Below, piece after piece: positions 36,686 through 48,203 of a DNA stretch of 64,000 nucleotides. A program made the position numbers and the translations under genes. This stretch comes from Basidiobolus meristosporus CBS 931.73. Its lineage: Eukaryota; Fungi; Basidiobolomycota. Below the pieces are notes generated by a model. The model saw only the letters and a program-made list of their open reading frames with translations, searched no databases and was not told the DNA's origin. Numbering within the stretch: position 1 is the first letter of the stretch; every line of letters begins with the position of its first letter. The stretch covers positions 1 through 64,000 of the forward strand of contig MCFE01000307.1 of assembly GCA_002104905.1 (NCBI GenBank). Reading direction: 5' to 3'.

Positions 36686-39600
36686 CGCTGTTTGTGTAAA
36701 GGAGCGGTGGGGATAAGGGGTTTGGAAGACGGGAAGTAAACTAAAAGCTAGGGAATAAACGTACGTCCTAAACGCCAATGGGGTTGCTTTTTATACTTCT
36801 CAAGAGTCCACACGTTCCACATTTGTATTTTCATCACCAATGTTGGCTGTGAATAACGAGATTGGGGATATTGGTAGCGGTCCATTTTTGGTAAATGAAT
36901 CTTGGCCAAATCTTAGAAATTCTAGTCTCATGCTTATTAAATCATATCCATAATCCACTGAGCTTCTACCGTGACATCAGAACCCAACCGATTGCTAGCA
37001 GTGTGCTGGTTGCCCATTTCGTGCAGGAAATCAATGGATCGGATGGTTTGCAGGTCGACCAAGGAATGACCTCGACAACGGCGACAGAATAGCCCCTGAC
37101 GCATATCAGCTGTAGATAGATGGAATCGATAGGCGTCTGCGGTTACTAGGTGATTACGTCGCAAGATTGGCTTCCACGTAGCATCCCTCCATGGTCGTAG
37201 TGATAAAGACCGAGTTCCACAGAAATCATGAGCTAATTTATTCGCATCTACAACCTAATATATACACACGCTACATGAAATCACTGTTTCTAAAAACAAC
37301 CATTTGTTGACGATGTTGATCTGCAAGTATTTCGGAACATTGGATCTAAATTAGGCCATCCATTATTTAGCTGAAGGGGCCGGTGGATTGCTCCCAATTG
37401 CGATCCACGAGGCAATTGGGGAGAATGCGGCCAGCACCTGGTCTGCGATGCTCTGCCTCAAAGCCGGATCGCTGTCTAGAATGGTTCTGGGCTTTGGGCT
37501 CATACGACGGTTGGGCTTTCTTTTTGGAAGCCTTCTGCGTGTTGCTCAGTTGGCAGATGGAAGATAAGAGCAGCTATAGAGGTTCCAACCATCATGCGCT
37601 ACAAATCAGATTATTTTCCTCATCATGAATCACAGCGCTTCATCAGGGTCAGGCGATATCGAGGTAACGCGTGATATCGAGCACCTGTGCTACACTGATG
37701 AGTAGATTAGGTTGGCCATGTATCCACCAAGTTGGCCAAATTGCCTAAAAGCGACGGCTATATATGGCCGGTTGCTTGGTTCTTGTTTATTTTAAGCTCG
37801 TTGCAAACCGAGGCCATCAGTGTTGATGCGAATCTGAGCTGAGCCTGAGCTGGGATCCGATGGTGTGTTCCCGTGATTGCGACATGCAGAAAATATGGGA
37901 ATCAGCGGAATCGGCCATCACCACGCCTGCGTTTGCGTGGAATTTCGCAATCCAGGATTGGTAGCCTGGTGGTAAAACTGGTAGCAAATGAGGAGTAAGC
38001 CCGCGGATCATGTGATATCCTCTATCATGTTCGTCCAGTCCAAACCGGATTTGCTGGGTGGATTTAATCGACTTGGTAAAACGAAGGCAATGATCTGTGT
38101 CAAATTCAAGTGTGAGGTGCTCCCGACTGCGGCCCAAGCATGGTTGCACGGCTGAGGTTGGCCACTGCACCTGATGTGTCGTTGACTCCTAGATGTCTTG
38201 GAGGTTGAGGATCCTGCTAATTATGCTGATGACTCACAACTCCGATTAATCATCATGAGACTGCTCCCAAGGGTCGAGCAGTGCAGCGCTGAGCGGAGGG
38301 GTCATCTGATGTGCGTGTAGCAAAGCTGCCATTCTTTCACTGGATTGTGTGCTCCAATTACTAATCCACCGAACACCCCTCTGAAAGCCCCCGGTTTGGA
38401 GGATCCACTCGTGCCTCAATGGTCGGTATTGATGACGTGAACGGTGGCGACAGACTGGTAGCGCAAAATACGACTGGGACGATGATTGGGATGATGCAGT
38501 CCAACCTATCTCTCGGCAAGCGTAGGGTGAATATTGTCCGTGGCCGTGTGCGGATCAAGCTAGTGATGAGGCAGCAGCGAGGGAGGGTAACTTGATCATA
38601 TGGCTCAGCTCGGCTACGACCTTTTCTCACAAAGGTGTGATAGTGGGCTGGATATCTGAATGAGTTGGGCACAATGGTTGACCTCCTGATTCGTGATGTA
38701 ACAATGCTAGATATTAGAGTTTGGGTGTTCCTAGCCTACCTTCTACGTAATGGGACTCGCTTGGATCTGGCTCCCTACTTGTTCTCTTGGGAAAACCGGT
38801 GTTTCAATGATCCATGCCACTTCTAAATAAAGGGAAGCTGGACATGTCGACTGACTGAACGATCCAATCCTGATCACAGTGAACAGCCGTTCTGCACACT
38901 CAGATGGCCGTGTGACCTTTGCCATATGCGTATGCCTCCAATCCTTGCCGCTGTTTTCCTGTACTTGGCGGTTTGGTAATCAGCTAGATCTATGGTGGTA
39001 TGAATTGGAACCGGCAGGTGAACAAAGCCACTTACTCCTGAAGGGGGTTTGATGAGTATTACCAAATAAGTCCTTGGAAATTTACGAATGGGTCAATCGT
39101 TTAGCTTTTCTATGCTGTCACACGCCCACTCGCCCACTCCGCTCGTCAAGCCACCGAATATTAGCTAATTCTTCAAGTGCTCCTCATTCCCATGCTGGCC
39201 AGGATGTGGCGCGGTTGGGCCGGGATGATAAAGGGTATCAAGAAGAGGAATTTTCACCAGACGATGAGAGCATGCGGTATGACTTACCATAAGGGGTGCT
39301 CAACGTGGCGGAATCTTGAAAAGCGGTTAGGTGGCTTCGGGGCAGCTACGGAGATCTGGGGTTACGTTTACCACACTGTTGTAAGAGAAGTTGGTATACA
39401 AACCTTGGGTATGCTGGGCTTCCTCAACAGCCTATCGCGATATATTGAATATACTGGCTATGCTGGCTATATTAGCCGTTCTGCCGCCCACCCGTCAGGT
39501 TTACCCATATTCAGCATCCAAAGGTAGCTAGGTAAATCTCCCATCAGATTCGTCGGTGTATCCGCTGTGGAAATGGGAATGGCCGCGTAAGGTGATGGAT

Positions 39601-41684
39601 GTGGGTGTGGGAGAGGGGTTGGTATAATCGATCAAGTGGAATCAGCATCTACCGAAATCCTATTGGATGTGAGATGCACATCCCTTAAGTAGCCAAAGTC
39701 CATCAAACTTGTGATGCTATTTGGTTGCCATCTGATTTAGGCATGGATCGGTATGGGAAACTGACTGTGGCTCATCGTGCATACTTGGTTTCAGACGTAG
39801 TTAGTGAGCTAAATTTCCAAACGGCTCACCGTGGAGCGTAGCCTTGACCATACATGACCATGGTCAACATAGAGTCAGGGACTCACCGTCATGAATGCCT
39901 AATTCAAGACAGACAGGCTATTGTGCAAACAAGGCCAATTTGCCCACTGATCTCCAATTGAGATGCTTGTTCTTCCTGACTGTAAAGCAGTCTGCGGATA
40001 TGTGCAGACCTACACAAGATTCTAGGAACCAACAATATACATACCAGTAACCTCATTAGAATGCTACGATGTACACGGTGACATCAGCGAAATCAGTGGA
40101 AGTGTATACTGTAGTCTACCAGATTTATACCATTCAATATTTATATCTCATATTCCCCAAATGCGAGTACTTTGACCTACATAGAGCGGCAGAAATGCTC
40201 GCTCACTCGGTCAATGACCTCAGTTGGAGGTTAGAAAGGTAGACAAAGTTATCTGCCGAGCTTTTCTGAAAGTGGAGCGTTCTCACCCAAGTGTTTTTCT
40301 CTGCTACCATACCCGATGTTGTTATCTAAGACCATCAACAACGCTTTGGGTGCAATAAGGCCATATTGCTGGCCCATGTAAATCCTGCTACAGGTGCAAC
40401 AGCGGGCTATGCTCAATTTGGTATTCAGAGGGGTCGGTTCTACAGAAGATGCTTCTGTGGAGTTAACTTCCTGTATTCAAGTAACATCTGGACACAGCTG
40501 GTTGCTTCCAATCTTACGTCTATTGGCCTACTCTGTAATATGGATATCATCTGTGTCCAATAGATTAGCATCCATTGGGTGGGATCAGATTCTTTGTTGA
40601 AGATTTCCGAAACCCTAATTGTAGGTCACCCTACACCCTATCCGTCAACTATTGCTCTTCCTGGCTGCGATTTTCCGTCTGCCATGTATCTCTCTGATTA
40701 ATCAGTCAGAAGACCCCAATAGAGAATCGTTTAATTTATAGGTTGCAGGATACATGTAGCAAGCCTACTTGGGGTTTTGAAAGAAATTTAGAGTAGCAAA
40801 GGGTGATTTTAATTTATTGACTGATTCAGTTGATGCAATGTGCAACTTGATATCAGTAATAAAACAATATACTTTGCGTTGGTTCCCAGGAAGTTGTGTA
40901 CAAAGTCTATGGCTTATTGCACTTGCCACACTATTTCAAGTTACCAGTGACAATGTTACTACCGAAGGTGATGGTGGGAGTCTGGAAGTCATTTAGTGAA
41001 CATGCCAACTGCTATTAAGTGTGATTTTATAGACTTGGGAAGGGATCTACAGTATTTAGAAATAGGGCCCTTTCAGATGTAGTGCTATTAAGCTGAAGTA
41101 AGGTACCAATTCTTATATATGAACCAAAAAGTGTAATCACAATAATGCTCTGAGAGAAGCTCATGATTGTTTTGTGCTGGTTTTGGAGATTGACGGAAGC
41201 TTTTGGGAAATTTATAACCTGTCAGTACCTTGATTACATTGCACTTAAATATCTACTTTTCATCAAGTATCTCTGAGTATGTAAATAGGAGTTGAGCCAG
41301 TTATTTATAGTGCTTGAAGTAGCATCTAGGATAATACTCTATATATGCTCTCAAATCTAGTGCAGGATCCGTGGAAGTATTGAAATTGACCAGTGCTAAA
41401 AGAATTGCATTAATCTCACTGAATACTTTATTGAGCACAAGTTTGGTATCAATATTTTCAAAAGAACCAACTGGAGGTAACTGCAATTTCAGAAGGTTTG
41501 GGCTACCCAGACAAGCTTGAGTATTGTAATTACTTCCAGGATATCACTAACCACATCACTTTGGTTAATAGCCTGTATTTACACCTAAATATGAATGTCA
41601 AGATTGTTATCTGATTACTTACGAAATCTGCTGTTTCCTGACCAAATCCTGTACAACTGTGTACTCTTACATCACCCTATAAAA

Positions 41685-42043
41685 TGTTGTAAAAATTCGG
41701 GATTCCACCTAAATATTCACCTAACTTGGTCACTTAGATCATTACCTACAATACCCACAAATCTTAGAGAATATTGACCAAATTTCTTGTCGGGATTTAC
41801 TTGTAATAATTTCACCAAAAACATCAGGTACCCAGAACATGCAAATTCTCAAAGGTTTCAAAACAGCCCCAAACTTTGCTCAAATGCTCTTGTGTCCTTC
41901 CTAAGTATATTCTACGTGCTTGTTTTACCAAGACAATGTAAAAGTATAAATACCGCTTTTACATTCAATATATCATTAGGGGAACACCACTGAATCCATT
42001 TGCTCTCCCAGTCACTTCCCATATCCCCAAAACTCTTACAACA
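41685..42043 (+). repeat. Solo LTR (copia family), 359 bp
   Basis: TGTTGTAAAAA...CTCTTACAACA, colinear with the element B 5' LTR apart from an insertion of about 10 bp. No PBS or PPT; the flanks (TAAAA / AATCC) differ. Confidence 0.9.
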
Positions 42044-43350
42044 AATCCCAGTATAAGTTGCGTCAGGAAATGAATATTCATAACTCAGGAACAAACTGAC
42101 TGCTGGAACTTGTACCATATCAAATAAGGAGCATTAATAAAAAAGCCACCTTCATATAGTATTTAAGTATACTATATTATTGAAGAGTTGGCCACTGACA
42201 AACAAATGTACATTTTGATCGGATGGTAAAATCTTAACAAGTTTATATGCCATACAACATCAGTAGGAGGGACACTTGCCACTTACCTGGTGTTCCTAAT
42301 ATTTGGATGATAATGGGGACATGGGAGTTATCCTTTGCTGCAATCCAGGCACTTACAAGCATGGCTGTAATCAGAATTACTATGCCTACATTGGTGCTGT
42401 GCATCCCAAGGAGCCACAGTGCATTCTAGCCCATGTCTGTTGATAGCCATATATCGTCTCATCATCCGAAGCTCCAGAGGGAACTACCAATGATCTACTC
42501 GCAATTGAGTCAGACCACAATAGTGATACAATTGATTTCCAGAGATCTTAGGCTTGTCGGAATCAAGTCTAGTGATAATAAACGGTAAACGATCAATTAA
42601 CCTTAGGTGTCTCGTGTTGCACGCGGCGAGTTGCAAGCTAAATCGGTTAATCCCGTATTGACATATCCATATATGTATGGAGGGAATTAATCCAATTTTC
42701 ATGTAGGCTGAAGTGTCATTTCTGTTGGGATGATGTGAAATGATATCCCGCTCCAGCAGAGCAGCACGATCTGATTTGTGCAGAAAAATTCGAGCTATCA
42801 ATGGTTGGCCTAGGTGTCGAGCCATTCAATTTCAATCGCACGCAGCAAATGGTGGTAGTTTTTCAAAGTGCCACTAGCATCTCTGGATTCGTGCATAGAA
42901 GGCCGATTAATGAAAAATCGTCGCCGACAATCATCATCTACAATGCATCGCCAAGGTTACTGGAGGTTAGATATTGGTACTGTCCTGGCTGGCCCAATGG
43001 GGTGAGGTGCCGAGCAACTACAAACTTCAGCAAGTATCCTACCATCCTGTCCAAGCCGCATAGAATTAGCCACCACCGCTTAACCGGTTCCCAACACCAA
43101 CGCCTGCGTCAACCCTAGTCTCTCCCCGGAGGTCCATGCCTAGGGCACCTCGCTCTAATCGGAAGGCTGAAGCAGGTCATCTTCGGTAAGATTCATGAAC
43201 GCAACCGAATTCCAAGCAAACCTTAACCGTGGCTTCTAGAATTGGTTAACCGAGGCTGACTCGCTGCCTACCAGCCTTACCACTGTTGCCGGCGCCGTGA
43301 ACTGCCGCTGCGTTCATTGCTGATTACCTAGATAAGAGCTTATTCCCTGG

Positions 43351-43600
43351 CCCAATCCAATCATGATATGCCAATTCAAGATCACCCCATTTTCTGGTTC
43401 CGAAAAATTCATGTGATTTTCATGTGTCCGTTGGGAAGTGCTTCCAAAGCATCTCTGCCTCACTGGCGAGCAACGTCGGGCCGAGCTAATTTTGTTTCCA
43501 TTTTGGGCGGCGCAATGAAGAGTGGGGGCGTGACTAATCTAGAAATCGCCGCTGAGTGGAAAATCCCGGAGTCCAGTCAAGGTGCTGGCCACTATAAATA
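43351..43600 (+). promoter_or_regulatory. Putative WS/DGAT promoter: CCAAT boxes, SRE-like ATCACCCCAT, GC-box-like GGGGGCGTG, TATAAATA
   Basis: CCAAT three times in 43351-43376; ATCACCCCAT 43381-43390; GGGGGCGTG at about 43524; TATAAATA 43593-43600, about 100 nt before the ATG. Confidence 0.4.
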
Positions 43601-43701
43601 GAGTCCGGCTGGCACTCGGCCCCTCTCCATCATTGTATCAATATCCGAGACAGAAGGTGTCTGTGTAAATTTCATTCTTCTACGATTGTTTAGTTTCAAA
43701 T

Positions 43702-45173
43702 ATGGCTGCCAAGCTTGCAGAGCCCACTGGAATGCAGACTTCCAAGCATTACCTCACACCCATGGACCTGATTTTCCAACACCTCGAAACCAAAGACCAC
43801 CCAATGACTTGCACGTCTATCTGGACATTCAAAGACGACTTGGATGACACGTTGGTTGCCCAAGAATTCGTGAATTTGGCAGAGCAGCATCCGAAGTTCA
43901 GGCAAATCATTAAGCCGCTAGGAAATTTCAAGATGCCTGAATGGGTTGATTACGAGGACTTCAAAATGGATGACCACTTGCATTTTATTACTCTAACCGA
44001 TGGAACTAAGGAGGACGTTGCTGCCATCGGTGCCCAGCGCTTCGTCTCCCTGGACGTTGCTAAGCCACTTTGGAGGGCATACGTGATCCACGGCTTGAAA
44101 GGAAACGGGTCTGCTTTGGTTGGTAAGTACACGCTTCTATACCGCTTGCCAATTTCGAGTTGTATATTTACACATTCTCCCCTCTACCAGTGCAAGCACA
44201 CCACTCACTCAGCGACGGTATTGGATTCCTCTACTGCACACTCTCGCTAACCTCTGCTCGTGACATCAAATACAGCCACAAGAAGGCGGCTGTTGCCACT
44301 GAGCGGAAACCACTGACACTTGCGCGTGGCCTTGAGCTGCTACATATGTTCCTCCTCCAGCTTGCATTGATACTGTTCAACCTGACCAAGCTTTTCTTCT
44401 GGGAGCTCAATCAGCTGGTACAAGCGCATATCGTTCTGCGCAAATCCCTAAGGGTGAACCCTGAGAAGGACTCCTTCTCCAAGGCTATGAGCTGGTCTGA
44501 GCCAGTTGATCTCGAGGACGTCAAGTATCTACGCAAACACTATAGTTGCACAGTCAACGACATCCTTACAACCATCTTAACGCTGGCTATCCGCAATTAT
44601 CTCGCCGAGCATGGTCTTTTGAATGACAAGACATTCCGATTCTTGATCCCTATAAGTGTGCGTAAGATTGGTGACCTCTCGTTGTCCAACAGAGTTGGTG
44701 GGTCTAGTTTGTTCACTCCAGTCGAGAGCTCCGACCCCGCAAAACTCTTGAAATCCATCCAGTTCAACATGTACTGTGCCAAGAACTCCATTGAACCCAG
44801 CGCTACATGCAATGTCCTATCTAACTTCGCATACTTGCCATCCTCCTGGTACATGCCAATCTGCCGCTGGTACGCCAATCAGTATACTGGCGTCTTCACT
44901 AACATCCCCGGCCCCCAACAATCCTTGAAATTTGCCGGCTCCGAGATCGATGACTATGTCGTGTATCCCCCACAAACCGGACCAGGAGGCTTGGGAATGG
45001 GTGTGATCTCGTACAACAACAAGGTAGTGATATCGATCATCACCGACGAGACCGAGCGTACTGCCGGATTAGCCAAGGGGATCGCACACCAATTCAAGGT
45101 GGAGTTCGATAGAATTTTGAGTGATTGCCAGAATGTACGCAAAGAGGAACAGATCCACCCTCTCCACGGCTAA
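43702..45173 (+). CDS. Wax ester synthase / acyl-CoA:diacylglycerol acyltransferase (WS/DGAT family), 2 exons
   Basis: Intron 44123-44190 joins LTPMDLIF..HPMTC..KPLWRAY to the catalytic HHSLSDG (HHxxxDG). C-terminus has CTVNDIL, IPISVR, FTNIPGP and GVISYN. Confidence 0.92.
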
Positions 45174-47513
45174 ATGAATTTGCGTGGTGTTCGAGATTTC
45201 CTGTACTGTATTTTTTCCTGTTCATTCCACAATAGACTGCCATTAAATATCATTCATGATCACTGCAATCGCAACACAAAGTTTATATTCCAGAAGTGGC
45301 TATTGGAGATCGGATCCACCATGACCACCAATCGGATGCCTCGGAACAGGTAATCATGATTCAACAATTGATGCATCATTCCTTGGGGGGGGGGGGGCGG
45401 TGTATATATGAATCAACTACTTCAGACAATCTAGACACAGCTATACCTGGAGCCTATAACCATGGGGAATAGAACTCAGCAGATGAGGTTATAAATACAC
45501 ATCTACGGCCCGATAGTGCTACCAATTTTGTTCCAGGCAATAGGAGACAGAGATCTAGTTTGTCGATGAGCATATGTAACGTTAGGCAATCAGATCGTTA
45601 CATCAAATGTGGATGCAATGGCTTGCTACGTTCCAGCATAGCGTGCCCCATTGCTCTTTCCGAAACTCTAGTGGCCACTATGGATCAAGCCCACAACGGC
45701 TTGGTGAACTAGTCTTTTTGAGTCCGATGCCAACTCACTGGACAAGTTCCATTGGGTACGCGCACAATAAACTGATATATGCAAATATACTTGACTGAGC
45801 AGAGTGGTGTTTGGCTGAAGGTAACAGATTGGGTTTTGGGGATTGGTTGAAGATGTGACTTTTGATGAAGTCAATTATGTGTGTCTATCCACATGGTGTA
45901 TGTGTCCCAAGGCGTGTTGGTGGTGAACGCCCCTTCTAAACCCTCACCACACCTTTGCCAAAGATTGGTTGGCTGATTTCCTCAAATATAGATATCAAGG
46001 CATGAACCAGCTGGCCTAATCAGCTGAACAGCAGGCATGAGGAGCATGTTCTGATAATTCCATGTGGAATGTGACCAGGAAAACCAAGATGGTGGCAACT
46101 GTTAGGATTCTCAGTGAAAATTTCTAGGTGAGCAGGACACATGCAATCCGAGCTTCCCAAGGAGCAAGCGAAGTCCTCTCATTATGGAGAATTGATGGGA
46201 TTGAGAGTGCTCCAGCCCAAGGCAGTGGCCAGTAAACAAATGTCTAGGGTTAAAGTAGGCGCATCCATACCAGATGCACCCAGATGGATCGTCCCCCATT
46301 TACTTTCCTAAGCCCGGATAGCCGCAACTGCGGAGACGTTTTGGGGGTCAGCAACAGGCTTGCTAATTGAGGATATCGGAGGATGTCTGTTTCGCCCCTT
46401 ACCTACAAATATGCTGATCATCACGTTCAGGAGATCTTGATAGAATATAGATGATGAGGGTAGATCTTCGGAGAAGCTTAGCTTCAACATGGTACATAGG
46501 ACGCGCACGCGCAGGATTTACCAGACTGTCTCGCATGAGTAACCACCGCAACCACTACTGCATCCACAACCGCAACCACAGCCACACTAACCCTAAAATT
46601 CCCTACCGTGGGCTTATTCCGGGAGATTTCCAGCACAATCGTCAGGTGGGAAGTGGCCAATGTTTCCTGAATCCCCATTCCCTTGATTGGAATCCAACGG
46701 ACAAGTTGTAACCATAACAAGACAGCCCTTGCATACAGATTGGTATATGTTAGAGTGGCAACCATGCTTGGATACATGGATCTCCTCGACCTCGCTGACC
46801 GAAGGATCTAGCCGAGGCGTGCGGGAAACAACAAATATATCTCTATACATTCCGTGCCCTTTATTGGTGAGCCGGTTCTTTTTTCCGGACTCTGATAGGG
46901 GTTGGGTGGGTTCCTATGGTCCCGGCGACCAGCAGCCAAGGAGTCGTACCCCTACGCTGGCCAAACGGCTGACAATGGCCCCCTCGCTCCTACTTGCACT
47001 GGTGCTGTTCATGCGCTCCAGAGCTCGTTGGACCTTGGGAAAGCCTCCGAAGGATTGGAGGGAACAAGGCTATATAATTTGGGTGCCACCCGGGTCTCTT
47101 TGGACCGTACATGCCTCACGATCCACTGGGTTCCGCAATCCTTCGAAGATCTTGCAGACATACCGAGCTGCACTCGAACAAAGACAACATGGATGAATGT
47201 GGCGTTGAAAAGATCTTTTGTTTGGTGATAAGAATTGGAAAACTCACCGCCCTCATGGGTGTCCTTACTTGCTATACGACTCAGTTAAAATAGATCAACT
47301 GATGTGTGGGAGGGATGAAATTCAAGTGGGTTCGGGAGAGGGGGCTTTCATAGTGAAGAGATATCAATAATATAAATAATAGATCGCTGGCGATATGATA
47401 TATGATGTTCATCAGCAATCAATGAATATATCTGGAATAGGGAGATCGCGGTGCTGATTGGGTTCCCCAGGGCATCGAGAGACTTCGCACCACCCGATTA
47501 GGTGCCGACCGTG

Positions 47514-48203
47514 TTAACTGATCAATGGGTGGGTGCTGTCGGTGTGGAGAAGCTTGGTGGAGTGGAAGAGTCGGACCTGGCAAGCGGAGTTCCAGCCACA
47601 GGTGTCGAGCGGCTTGCAGTGGTCCGAGTAATCGGGGAAGAACTCGAGGGGCTCGTTTGGTGGCACATGCTGGCTCGAGTGGATCTTGAGCCGGCGGAGT
47701 TGCTGGTTTCGGACGACGATGAAATGCTCCAGGAACTTCAGCCAGGCAAAGTACTCCTCCTTCGAGACGTAGAGGTGGTATTGGATGGAGGCCAGGAACT
47801 CCACCTCCATCCGCGTGATCTCTTCTACGGGGATTCCGGCTACATTGGACCAGAACTGATTGTGAAATGTCTTGTCGTCCAGGTATTTGTTGGCCAGTAG
47901 CACTGCCATGGTGAAGATGCGAATCTCAGAGCCGGGCTGGCCCTGCAGTTGGGGGTGGGTGGCTTTGACTCGCTGTATGTACTTTAACGCAAGAAGGATC
48001 ACCGAGGATGACACCTGGGTGATGAGCAGGAGCTTCTGGCAATAGTTTTTGAAAAGATTGCTTGCGCAGCTGGTAATGGGATCAATGTCCGAGTACCATG
48101 TGAATGTGGCTACATCAGCGGCGAACGCTGCAAAACACAAGTCACTCTTGGCCATCTTGCCGGCATCGTGATGAGGCAGCAGGGCGGATGGAGTGGCTGA
48201 CAT
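47514..48203 (-). CDS. Pho85-type cyclin, Clg1/Pcl-like
   Basis: FKNYCQKLLLITQVSSSVILLALKYIQR...QGQPGSEIRIFTMAVLLANKYLDDKTFHNQFWS...ITRMEVEFL. First ATG at 48203. Confidence 0.9.
   Translation of the reverse strand: MSATPSALLPHHDAGKMAKSDLCFAAFAADVATFTWYSDIDPITSCASNLFKNYCQKLLLITQVSSSVILLALKYIQRVKATHPQLQGQPGSEIRIFTMAVLLANKYLDDKTFHNQFWSNVAGIPVEEITRMEVEFLASIQYHLYVSKEEYFAWLKFLEHFIVVRNQQLRRLKIHSSQHVPPNEPLEFFPDYSDHCKPLDTCGWNSACQVRLFHSTKLLHTDSTHPLIS

Noticed and set aside
39377-39388. TGTTGTAAGAG, identical to the LTR terminus
   Set aside because: Similarity ends after 11 nt; no colinear LTR body.
42281-42292. ACTTACCTGG resembling the 5' end of U1 snRNA
   Set aside because: Downstream sequence lacks U1 stem-loop and Sm-site features.
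43146-43170. GGAAGG..AGCAG resembling SRP RNA helix 8
   Set aside because: The 5' CAGG strand and pairing needed for helix 8 are missing.
45385-45397. G13 homopolymer
   Set aside because: Isolated simple repeat with no associated structure.
46687-47196. 169-aa ORF with a chromodomain-like phrase (WYMLEWQP..TWISSTSL)
   Set aside because: The match is weak, spacing is off, and there is no adjacent gypsy integrase.
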